A stretch of DNA of 36,662 nucleotides, taken from positions 1 through 36,662 of IMG/VR virus record IMGVR_UViG_3300020045_003757. One strand, 5' to 3'. The position numbers and the translations under genes are program-made. The notes beneath the pieces were generated by a model. It had not been told where the DNA came from. It was given only the letters and a program-made list of their open reading frames with translations, and searched no databases. Source of the stretch: a virus. Taxonomy: Duplodnaviria > Caudoviricetes. Of this stretch, positions 9,188-16,258 are shown in pieces. Each line of letters opens with the position of its first letter. Position 1 is the stretch's first letter.

Positions 9188-9288
9188 CACGTGAGACGGG
9201 ATTCGAACCACCTCTAAGGGTCATCATATCTATTAGTTTGCAAGCCCTTTCTGGGCATCTAATCGCTTTGCCGTTAAGCTACTCACGT
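9188..9288 (-). tRNA. tRNA-Cys(GCA)-like scaffold with two 15-nt insertions (atypical or pseudo-tRNA)
   Basis: Acceptor ACGTGAG/CTCACGT, D-stem GCTT/AAGC, anticodon stem ATTAG/CTAAT with TT-GCA-AA, T-loop TTCGAAT. No encoded CCA. Confidence 0.6.
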
Positions 9289-9307
9289 ATTCAATGTCAA
9301 TTCAGAA

Positions 9308-9460
9308 AACGGGTGACAGGATTTGATACCTGTACGGTTTTGCATTACCGATTTTCGGGGAGTGATATTCGTTACCTTTCTTTTTTACTCACGAAGAATA
9401 AAACCTAATCGTGTCGCCATAATCCCTTTTCACGACCTACATTATTTCTGTCACACCCGT
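9308..9460 (-). ncRNA. tRNA-shaped RNA of about 150 nt with enlarged anticodon loop and very large variable region
   Basis: Acceptor ACGGGTG/CACCCGT, T-arm ACAGG-TATCAAAT-CCTGT, stems GGTCGTG/CACGATT and GGTTTT/AAAACC. Confidence 0.5.
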
Positions 9461-9474
9461 AATCTGAATCAATG

Positions 9475-9624
9475 TTATTTTTCAATATTGTTAACCAATT
9501 CCAATTTAACAATTTCAAGTATTCCAATAACCTCAGATTTTGTTGGGTTACCTGATATTATTCTCTCAATGTTTTTCTCTGTAACATTAATTGTAATAGT
9601 AAATTCTTTATTTTTCTTTGCCAT
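9475..9624 (-). CDS. Small hypothetical protein, 49 aa (MAKKNKEFTITINV...)
   Basis: Read manually. Co-oriented with the block. Confidence 0.5.
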   Translation of the reverse strand: MAKKNKEFTITINVTEKNIERIISGNPTKSEVIGILEIVKLELVNNIEK

Positions 9625-9658
9625 ACTTCTTTATTTTTTAATTTAATAAGTGAGTGCT

Positions 9659-9937
9659 TTACTCACTTGGGTTAAATGCGTCATGTGACTCTCTCAAAAG
9701 CTCCGTAGTCTTATCAAATCCGATAACGTCAGAAACTTTGCCAATGAACAATTGAAAGACAAGTTTTTTTTGTTTCATTTCCTCATTCTCTTTTTGTAGG
9801 GATTGAGTGGTTTGGTCGGAGTATTCTTGAATCTTAGGTTTAATCAAAGTACAAGCAAGGAATAAATCATGTTCATCCCATGCAATACCTATAATTTCAC
9901 CGCATAATTCGTCTAAGTTTTTATTAGTGTCGCTCAT
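9659..9937 (-). CDS. Hypothetical protein (MSDTNK start module)
   Basis: Shares its first 19 nt with 10131..10538. Confidence 0.65.
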   Translation of the reverse strand: MSDTNKNLDELCGEIIGIAWDEHDLFLACTLIKPKIQEYSDQTTQSLQKENEEMKQKKLVFQLFIGKVSDVIGFDKTTELLRESHDAFNPSE

Positions 9938-9939
9938 GG

Positions 9940-10104
9940 TTATTTGGTCTTAGGTGTGGTTACTTTAGTTTTAGGTAGTGGCAATCTTGAACTTGCTACA
10001 TCGTAACAGTCTGCTGATTTACCGCAACACTCACAACGCCCAAACGATTTCATAAATCCTTCTGGCCATTCGTTTTTTACTTTACATTTTTCACAGTAGA
10101 ACAT
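9940..10104 (-). CDS. Small Cys-rich zinc-finger-like protein, 54 aa
   Basis: Read manually: MFYCEKC...GRCECCGKSADCYD. Fills the gap between neighbours. Confidence 0.6.
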   Translation of the reverse strand: MFYCEKCKVKNEWPEGFMKSFGRCECCGKSADCYDVASSRLPLPKTKVTTPKTK

Positions 10105-10130
10105 ACTCTTTTATTTTATTTGTTATTTGG

Positions 10131-10538
10131 TTAGGAAGGAAGTTTTGGTATATCCATCCAATGAGAAACATCTAATGCTCTTTGACTTGTAGTGTCTGAA
10201 TTTGAAATAAATTTATTTCCATCTTTCATAAAAACTACATTCGTCCATGTTTCTCCGTTTACAACAGCAAGCGCATGGTAGTAGTTTTCGTATTCTTCTA
10301 ATTTAGGAAGTCTATCTTTAACTGAAATCCATTGTTTTGACTCCAACTCTTTTTTCAACTCTTCAATCTCTTTGGATTGGTGGAGGTTTTTTTGTGAGAA
10401 ATATTCAGAAAGTCCCCTTTCAATTAAATCATAAGGCACAACTATATCGCCACTTTTAGTAGTAAAAATATAATGTTGAAAAACTAATGCAAGTTCTTTG
10501 CTGTCAAATTCCTCTGCCGTTTTATTAGTGTCGCTCAT
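10131..10538 (-). CDS. DUF551-domain protein
   Basis: Signature WISVKDRLP...VSHWMDIPKLP. Confidence 0.7.
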   Translation of the reverse strand: MSDTNKTAEEFDSKELALVFQHYIFTTKSGDIVVPYDLIERGLSEYFSQKNLHQSKEIEELKKELESKQWISVKDRLPKLEEYENYYHALAVVNGETWTNVVFMKDGNKFISNSDTTSQRALDVSHWMDIPKLPS

Positions 10539-10729
10539 AATTTACTTTTTGAATGATTTATTAATTCTAAATTAGTTGGATATTTCTGTTGAATAATCTG
10601 ATGTGTCAACATTGTAGCATCACTCACTTCGTTATAAGTAGAACCTAAATTATAATGTAGTTTGTGCTTGCAACAATCTTTATAATTTTTTGACCAAATC
10701 TTCCAATATAAACATCTTGTGTCGCTCAT
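10535..10729 (-). CDS. Hypothetical protein (likely start MSDTRC at 10729)
   Basis: In-frame ATG with the same MSDT module as two neighbours. The upstream part of the track ORF overlaps RNA structure. Confidence 0.55.
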   Translation of the reverse strand: MSDTRCLYWKIWSKNYKDCCKHKLHYNLGSTYNEVSDATMLTHQIIQQKYPTNLELINHSKSKL

Positions 10730-10744
10730 AACTTTTATAAATTT

Positions 10745-10842
10745 AAAACTCCCGTGCCTTAGAACATAGCGATATGACCACCTCGACTGAGGTGTACAAG
10801 ACACGGGAATAGTTTTAATGTTTTTTCAATCATATCGCTGTG
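10745..10842 (-). promoter_or_regulatory. Structured leader, element C, with 24-aa uORF (10833-10759)
   Basis: Stem TCCCGTG/CACGGGA encloses the hairpin CACCTC-AGTC-GAGGTG and TCATATCGCTATG, which is complementary to the uORF start region CACAGCGATATGA. A -7-like TACTTTTA lies at 10851-10844. Confidence 0.5.
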
Positions 10843-10852
10843 GTAAAAGTAA

Positions 10853-11089
10853 TTAAACTTTTGGATTATTTGTATATCTATCAATAATAATTACAGAACC
10901 TTTTTTTTGTAGTTCAATAATGTTTGAGTTTGTTGGTCTTGCGTCTTCAATTTCAACCCTAAAATCTTTTACGTGTGTAGCGTCTTCTTGCCACCAAGTA
11001 ACTAACTCGAAACCGTAGTTTGAAACAGGCGGAGCAACCCTTATAAATTGCAGGATTATTCTTGGATATAGATTAGTATGTTGTCCCAC
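10853..11089 (-). CDS. Hypothetical protein
   Basis: Overlaps the end of the upstream gene. Confidence 0.5.
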   Translation of the reverse strand: MGQHTNLYPRIILQFIRVAPPVSNYGFELVTWWQEDATHVKDFRVEIEDARPTNSNIIELQKKGSVIIIDRYTNNPKV

Positions 11090-11606
11090 TTTTTACAATT
11101 ATTAAGTTATAACTCTTTAAAGATTTTACATATTGGTCACCGTCCTCTGCATATCCACTATATCTTAGAAATTCATAATAATCTGTGCAATTTTCAGGCA
11201 TATTTCTCTCTTGATAACCTTTGTAGTCTTTTACTGACTCTACCCAATGGGTATAAATACTGTAACCATGTGGATTGTCAGGAGTTTTTACGCCACCTTT
11301 ATACCCAAACAAATTATTTCTTTTCAAACAATTCCAAGAGTTAAAATACTTACCATCCTCTTTACATTCGTGCATAGCCTGACGTAATACGATTTCAGAA
11401 AACTTAATATCTGCTTTCATTATTTCAGAATATACATTTTCAATTGTACATTCGTAATAACAGTATTCCAAAGTGTCCTTTTGAATATCTTTTACCATTG
11501 GTGTTGGTGGGTATTGGTCTTTTATTATTGATATACCACCAAGTACTATTGATGTTACACACATAATTATTAAAGACACTCCGAATAAAAACCATCCTTT
11601 TTTCAT
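11073..11606 (-). CDS. Membrane-anchored glucosaminidase (GH73-like) muralytic protein
   Basis: N-terminal TM, then IVLRQAMHE, NNLFG, WVESVKDY and GYAED. Confidence 0.7.
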   Translation of the reverse strand: MKKGWFLFGVSLIIMCVTSIVLGGISIIKDQYPPTPMVKDIQKDTLEYCYYECTIENVYSEIMKADIKFSEIVLRQAMHECKEDGKYFNSWNCLKRNNLFGYKGGVKTPDNPHGYSIYTHWVESVKDYKGYQERNMPENCTDYYEFLRYSGYAEDGDQYVKSLKSYNLIIVKSGTTY

Positions 11607-11613
11607 AACTTTT

Positions 11614-12255
11614 CTATTTATAAATTCCTATTTGTTCGTTAAACTTTCTTCTTAATTCGATTCTCATTTTAGGAGCGTAGGTTGAGTCTAATTTCTTAAG
11701 TGCGCTTACCACCTTACTCGCTTTAGATTTTGCTTGTATCAATTCGGGAATAGTTAATTTTAAAGTAGTGTATTTAGTTTTTAATTCGTGTACTGTTTCT
11801 AAATATTCACTTCCATACAACTCAAGTAATCCTTTATCGTACCCGTCAGGGTTTCCTGACTTGTGGCTATTCTGTTCAAAAGACTGTGCATGAATGTTTA
11901 ATAGATTAAAACGTAGTTGGGGATTTGCACCCACTGAAAACCTATGTCCCCCTGCAATCTTACCACCCATTCTCAAAGACGAAATACAAGGAACGTCTTT
12001 ATCAATTAGCCTAGCGATATGGTTCATTATTTTTTGTAGTTCGTTTGACCAATCTGAATGAGTCATTAACCGCTCATAGCCTTCTTGTTTTTCTTTTCTT
12101 GCTTTCTTTTTGTTAAGTATCTCTACGTATTTGTAGGAACATTTAACGGAGCATAGCATTTGAAGCGGTCTGTTAGGTGTGTACTTTGCTTTACAAACTT
12201 TGCAGACCTTTTGTTTAGGTATCTTATCCTGTATTTTTATAGCCTTTGCGCTCAT
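11614..12255 (-). CDS. ninG: NinG/Rap-family recombination endonuclease
   Basis: N-terminal CKVC...CSVKC. Core ARLIDKDVPCIS...GGHRFSVGANPQLRFNLLNIHAQ. Confidence 0.8.
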   Translation of the reverse strand: MSAKAIKIQDKIPKQKVCKVCKAKYTPNRPLQMLCSVKCSYKYVEILNKKKARKEKQEGYERLMTHSDWSNELQKIMNHIARLIDKDVPCISSLRMGGKIAGGHRFSVGANPQLRFNLLNIHAQSFEQNSHKSGNPDGYDKGLLELYGSEYLETVHELKTKYTTLKLTIPELIQAKSKASKVVSALKKLDSTYAPKMRIELRRKFNEQIGIYK

Positions 12256-12494
12256 TTATCTGTTTCGATTAGTAACGTTTCACATTCGTCATAATGTTTA
12301 AATCCTGCTTTTTGCTTTTCAGATATAGCTTCAAACTCAAAATCATAAAGCCAAATATTGTGATGCTGACCACCAACAAAATAAGAAAGTTCATAGCTTG
12401 AATCGGAGCGCATACATACACCCGTAATTAAGGCTTCAATACCGCCTATCCTTGTTCTTACTCTTTGTCCTAATTTATAAACGTATCTACTCAT
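12252..12494 (-). CDS. Hypothetical SH3-like small protein
   Basis: Begins YKLGQRVRT. Translationally coupled on both sides. Confidence 0.6.
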   Translation of the reverse strand: MSRYVYKLGQRVRTRIGGIEALITGVCMRSDSSYELSYFVGGQHHNIWLYDFEFEAISEKQKAGFKHYDECETLLIETDK

Positions 12495-12904
12495 AAATAT
12501 TCTTTGTGTTGTGTGATTTGATTGTCAATGTAAATCTGTGCTTCTAAATATTCGTCTGCACTTGGCAAATACAATCCTGCTTGTGCTGAATAGTTCCTAA
12601 TCCATTCAATGAACTTTGTTAGTTCATCTGTTTGCATTTGGCTTGTATGTCTTAAAAACTTTTTGCCGTTCTTTTCATAAGTACACCAACTGCACTCACG
12701 TTTTAACAAAGTCTTTGCCTCATCTAAAGTATATCCAAACTCCATCCCGAATAAACTAAACAGAACGTGGATATATTTATTCTGTTGAATGGTGCGTTTA
12801 GGAGTGACTTTTGTAAGTTCAACTAAAGAACCATCCGCTTTGAGTTTGTTGAGCCTCACTTGGACGCTAATTAAATCCGTTGACTTTGTAAGGTCGTACT
12901 TCAT
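12491..12904 (-). CDS. NinB-like recombination protein
   Basis: KRTIQQNKYIH...TSQMQTDELTKFIEWIR...GLYLPS. Located near NinG. Confidence 0.6.
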   Translation of the reverse strand: MKYDLTKSTDLISVQVRLNKLKADGSLVELTKVTPKRTIQQNKYIHVLFSLFGMEFGYTLDEAKTLLKRECSWCTYEKNGKKFLRHTSQMQTDELTKFIEWIRNYSAQAGLYLPSADEYLEAQIYIDNQITQHKEYL

Positions 12905-13308
12905 TTCTTAGGTATTAGAATTAACTCTTCAAGTGATTTGTAGATACCTACTATATCTTTGTTTGTAATATCCAAAGCCTCTAATTTAATAGGGTCAATG
13001 TAAGCCAAATCTTTATCAGCTAAATAACTTATTTGTTCTTTCAGGTTATTTGTGTTTGATACTCGGCAATCCCGCCATGCTGAAATAAGTTTTAAACGTA
13101 ATTCAAACCATTCAGGATTTGCTTTGTACATAAGAGTTCTGCTATTGGCCTGTATTTTATACTCAGTCATTAACATAGCCTCACAACGTTCCTTTAGTTG
13201 TTGGCGTTCGTTTCTTAGTTTGGTTAAAGTACTTAAGCATTGGTTCGGGGATATCTCACCCCGTTCCAACTTTTCGCTTAAATCTTTTATTAGTTCTATT
13301 GTGTACAT
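12901..13308 (-). CDS. Hypothetical protein
   Basis: Translationally coupled on both sides. Confidence 0.6.
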   Translation of the reverse strand: MYTIELIKDLSEKLERGEISPNQCLSTLTKLRNERQQLKERCEAMLMTEYKIQANSRTLMYKANPEWFELRLKLISAWRDCRVSNTNNLKEQISYLADKDLAYIDPIKLEALDITNKDIVGIYKSLEELILIPKK

Positions 13309-13928
13309 CAGAACGGTAAATTTTGGTCATCTACTTCAACCTTGTGAGAATGATTCTCTGACTCCAAAGCAAATCTTTGTTTGTACTCGACAGAATCTTT
13401 CATCTTGTTACGTAACCACTCAGGAAGCGAATCGAATTTTGCTTGGTCAAATTCAGCCCATGAAAACTCAAACGTTTCGTTAATCTGTGGTGGGCAAATC
13501 ATTCCTTTAGGTAGGGTTGAGACTGAGGAAATTTTGGCGTAGGTTTTATCCTTTTTAACTTCGTGGATAATTGAAACCAAACATTCTTTACCAAGTAATT
13601 TGGTAACGTCAAACGCTTTCGCTTCGTCATCTGTGAATGCTTTACCTCTCCAATCTTGTAAATACTTTCTAAGGCTTGACTTTTCGTGCATTGATAAAGT
13701 GAAGTCTTTCGACACGAAGAACGGCTTTTCACCTTCACCCTCTTTAAATTCCTTTAATTCTGTTGGTAGTTCCCAAGCCAAACGAATCTTGTTTTGTGTT
13801 TTCGGAGTTCCTTCAAAACTCTCTGTTACTGTTCCAACGTGTACCATTGAAAAACAACGTGCGGCGTAAGTGCCTGCTGCAATTGGTTCAAAATCTGAAC
13901 CGCCTTTGTTTTCTGCTATTATGCTCAT
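13308..13928 (-). CDS. Phage ssDNA-binding / replication protein (NGO0469/DUF669-like)
   Basis: FEPIAAGTYAARC, TLSMHEKSSLRKYLQDWRG, and an acidic SSB-type tail DDQNLPF. Confidence 0.7.
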   Translation of the reverse strand: MSIIAENKGGSDFEPIAAGTYAARCFSMVHVGTVTESFEGTPKTQNKIRLAWELPTELKEFKEGEGEKPFFVSKDFTLSMHEKSSLRKYLQDWRGKAFTDDEAKAFDVTKLLGKECLVSIIHEVKKDKTYAKISSVSTLPKGMICPPQINETFEFSWAEFDQAKFDSLPEWLRNKMKDSVEYKQRFALESENHSHKVEVDDQNLPF

Positions 13929-13974
13929 AATTTATATTTATTTATTTGTTACTAATTTACTTATTTTATCTGAC

Positions 13975-14304
13975 TTATACATGTGTAAAACCCTTTTTTA
14001 ATAGTCTTTTCAAGTCTTTAATCTCTGACTCCATAAAGTCTATTCGAGGCTTTAGGCCTTTGCCTGTTTTGGGTCTTTCAAATAAAAAAGTTGGTTCATT
14101 ATAAAAATCAACTGTTATGTAATTTTTATAATAACGACTTATTACCTCATAAATATCAATCCCTAAATGCCTATCTGACGCATTACACAATCCAAATTCC
14201 AAACCTCTGCAATTCAATATTGAATTTGTTACATTCTCCTTATAAGCCTTTTTATAAATAGGCAGTAGTTGTTCAAACACTTTAATTAAATCTTTAATTT
14301 TCAT
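13975..14304 (-). CDS. Hypothetical protein
   Basis: 109-aa ORF in the leftward block. Confidence 0.6.
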   Translation of the reverse strand: MKIKDLIKVFEQLLPIYKKAYKENVTNSILNCRGLEFGLCNASDRHLGIDIYEVISRYYKNYITVDFYNEPTFLFERPKTGKGLKPRIDFMESEIKDLKRLLKKGFTHV

Positions 14305-14316
14305 ATCCTTTGTTAT

Positions 14317-14508
14317 TTAGTTATACAAATTTTCTACTTCAATTCTAAAAAGCAAACACTCTGTCTCACTTATTAATCCTTGTGATAAAAGAACCTTTGC
14401 TGTGTCGTATAAAAGGCACTTACATTGAGCCTCTAATATAATAGGGTGCTGACTCATTTTAATTGATTCTTTGAATTGGTCGTTTAGTTTTATTACTAGG
14501 TCTTTCAT
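14317..14508 (-). CDS. Hypothetical protein (likely ATG at 14508)
   Basis: In-frame ATG in a GCGATATGAAAG context. Confidence 0.55.
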   Translation of the reverse strand: MKDLVIKLNDQFKESIKMSQHPIILEAQCKCLLYDTAKVLLSQGLISETECLLFRIEVENLYN

Positions 14509-14613
14509 ATCGCTATTTGTTTTAATTGTTTGTACTACCAAAGCCACTACCTGATATTGATAGTGGCTATTTCCCTCACGGAAAACTTGCGATTTAAAAC
14601 CGCTTGGAAAAGT

Positions 14614-14790
14614 TTATTTTGTAATAACATCCGCTTCTGCCGAAAACTGAAACCCTCCCTTTGGTGAAATACATTCAACAGAAACAATTAAAACACCGTT
14701 AGAGTTAGTCTTTTTAGAAACATTAACAATAGTATGAAATCGACTATTAAACTTCACTCTATCATTTACTTTTAAATCTTTAGCTTTCAT
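14614..14790 (-). CDS. Hypothetical SH3-like small protein (likely ATG at 14790)
   Basis: MKAKDLKVNDRVKF. First gene after the leftward promoter. Confidence 0.55.
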   Translation of the reverse strand: MKAKDLKVNDRVKFNSRFHTIVNVSKKTNSNGVLIVSVECISPKGGFQFSAEADVITK

Positions 14791-14832
14791 ATCGCAGTTT
14801 TTAAAACCTCTCGTTAATTCGATTGGTTGGGA

Positions 14833-14931
14833 CAATATTAATACATTTATTTCAATTGACAATATATTTTTAAAAATATTTTTATTTATTTTTAATTTTG
14901 TTTTGATATATTAAAATTAGTTGTATATTTG
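14833..14931. promoter_or_regulatory. Divergent Bacteroidota-type sigma70 promoters
   Basis: Leftward: TTG(14862-14860)-N19-TAATATTG(14840-14833). Rightward: TTTG(14902-14905)-N18-TATATTTG(14924-14931). Both sit at the strand switch. Confidence 0.65.
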
Positions 14932-14952
14932 TCGAAACAAAATAAACAAATT

Positions 14953-15255
14953 ATGTTCGGAAGAAGAAAATTGCAGAAACAAATTGATGAGTTAAAGAAA
15001 GATGTCTTTAGACTTGAAAACAAACCAAATAATATTGGTGATACTGTGTGGGTTCATGAAATAAAAGGAATTATTATAGGTGTTGAGCTTAAGGAAAATG
15101 ATAAAGAAGACGGGTTCTTTAGTCTTCGATGGAATTGTTTTGGTGACTACTACTACATCTACAAAGTTTTTTGTGATAAAACTACTCATACAATTAAATC
15201 AGATACACCATTAGTTTTATACAATCCAAAAATTCACAAATCAAAAAGAAAATAA
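14953..15255 (+). CDS. Hypothetical protein
   Basis: In-frame ATG downstream of the rightward promoter. Confidence 0.6.
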   Translation: MFGRRKLQKQIDELKKDVFRLENKPNNIGDTVWVHEIKGIIIGVELKENDKEDGFFSLRWNCFGDYYYIYKVFCDKTTHTIKSDTPLVLYNPKIHKSKRK

Positions 15256-15257
15256 TT

Positions 15258-15416
15258 ATGGCTAAAAAAGAAACACGAGGGAGAAACAAGTTAGACCCTT
15301 CAAAGAAGAAGCAATTAGTATCACTATTTTTAGAGGGTGCTTTAATCAAAAGACACGGGGGTAAAGTCAACCTAGTCGAAAAGGTTAAACAGTTCTTAGA
15401 GGATGACGGTAATTAA
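15258..15416 (+). CDS. Small basic putative DNA-binding protein, 52 aa (MAKKETRGRNKLDPSKKKQLVSLFL...)
   Basis: Read manually. RGR motif followed by a beta/helix pattern reminiscent of ribbon-helix-helix proteins. Confidence 0.5.
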   Translation: MAKKETRGRNKLDPSKKKQLVSLFLEGALIKRHGGKVNLVEKVKQFLEDDGN

Positions 15417-15436
15417 TAACGATTAAAAACTAAACT

Positions 15437-15790
15437 ATGGAAAAGATAAATATTGCACCTTTTTGCGTGGGCGATAAGGTGGTTTATATTGGGGCAACTG
15501 AGGATGGGCTTATTAGTAAAAAGACTTATATTGTTGAAGGTATAAATTTCAATTGCTGTGGTTGGGCTGTTGATGTTGGGGGGTTCAAACATTTTATATC
15601 TAAAATTTCTGCTTATTGTTTTGATTGCGGAAGGTTAAGAAGTGATAATTGGTGTGTTTCAGATAAAAGTCCTTACACAACTTGGTTTTCACATACTGAG
15701 TTTCGCAAAATTTCAGAACAATCAATGAAGAAACTCACCTTTGAGCAAATCCAAAAAGAGGAAAAGGAAGAGGTGTTACAATTAAATTAA
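15437..15790 (+). CDS. Hypothetical Cys-containing protein
   Basis: Motifs PFCVGDKVVYI, CC and CFDCG. Confidence 0.65.
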   Translation: MEKINIAPFCVGDKVVYIGATEDGLISKKTYIVEGINFNCCGWAVDVGGFKHFISKISAYCFDCGRLRSDNWCVSDKSPYTTWFSHTEFRKISEQSMKKLTFEQIQKEEKEEVLQLN

Positions 15791-15804
15791 AAAAAACATA
15801 AATT

Positions 15805-16113
15805 ATGAAAGTAGAAATAACAAAAGACCGCATTTTAGAAGCGGCAAGTAAATGCTCAACCGCAAAAGAAACATTAAAGACTTTGTTTCCTGAAGTATTT
15901 AAGGATGATAAATATTTTAAATTAAATATGCCTGAAGGGTTCTGTGCTTATTTATATGGTAACCCACACGACGGAAACCCATGTATAGACGTTAGTGATG
16001 GTATTTATTACTCAGAGGAGTTGATACAAAAATCATTTTTATTAAGAGGGAATTGTAATTGGGAGTTAAGACATAAAGACGGAAATTCATTTTTAATCCC
16101 TACTAAAAAATAA
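15805..16113 (+). CDS. Hypothetical protein
   Basis: N-terminal module ITKDRILEAASKC...LKTLFPEVF. Confidence 0.65.
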   Translation: MKVEITKDRILEAASKCSTAKETLKTLFPEVFKDDKYFKLNMPEGFCAYLYGNPHDGNPCIDVSDGIYYSEELIQKSFLLRGNCNWELRHKDGNSFLIPTKK

Positions 16114-16116
16114 ATC

Positions 16117-16158
16117 TTACAACAACGGTTGTAAATTGAAAAAAGTTTTGTAATATTG
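16117..16158 (+). promoter_or_regulatory. Promoter TTG-N19-TAATATTG overlapped by the palindrome TTACAAC-N4-GTTGTAA
   Basis: TTG at 16129-16131, TAATATTG at 16151-16158, palindrome at 16117-16134. Confidence 0.55.
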
Positions 16159-16159
16159 C

Positions 16160-16258
16160 AGAGTCGCGGACTGAGAAACCAAACGACTTTATTAGAGAAA
16201 GCAATTTCTCACCAATGGAAACCCACTCAACTCTCAGTCCGCAGTGGGTTTCTTTTTT
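16160..16258 (+). ncRNA. Structured leader RNA, element B (same architecture as element A)
   Basis: GCGGACTGAGA (16166-16176) is the exact complement of TCTCAGTCCGC (16232-16242), which lies in the loop of GAAACCCACT/AGTGGGTTTC followed by T6. A middle hairpin has a GCAA tetraloop. Confidence 0.6.

Noticed and set aside
9323-9646. 107-aa + strand ORF
   Set aside because: Antisense to the leftward block and overlaps a tRNA-like RNA and a more plausible 49-aa minus-strand ORF.
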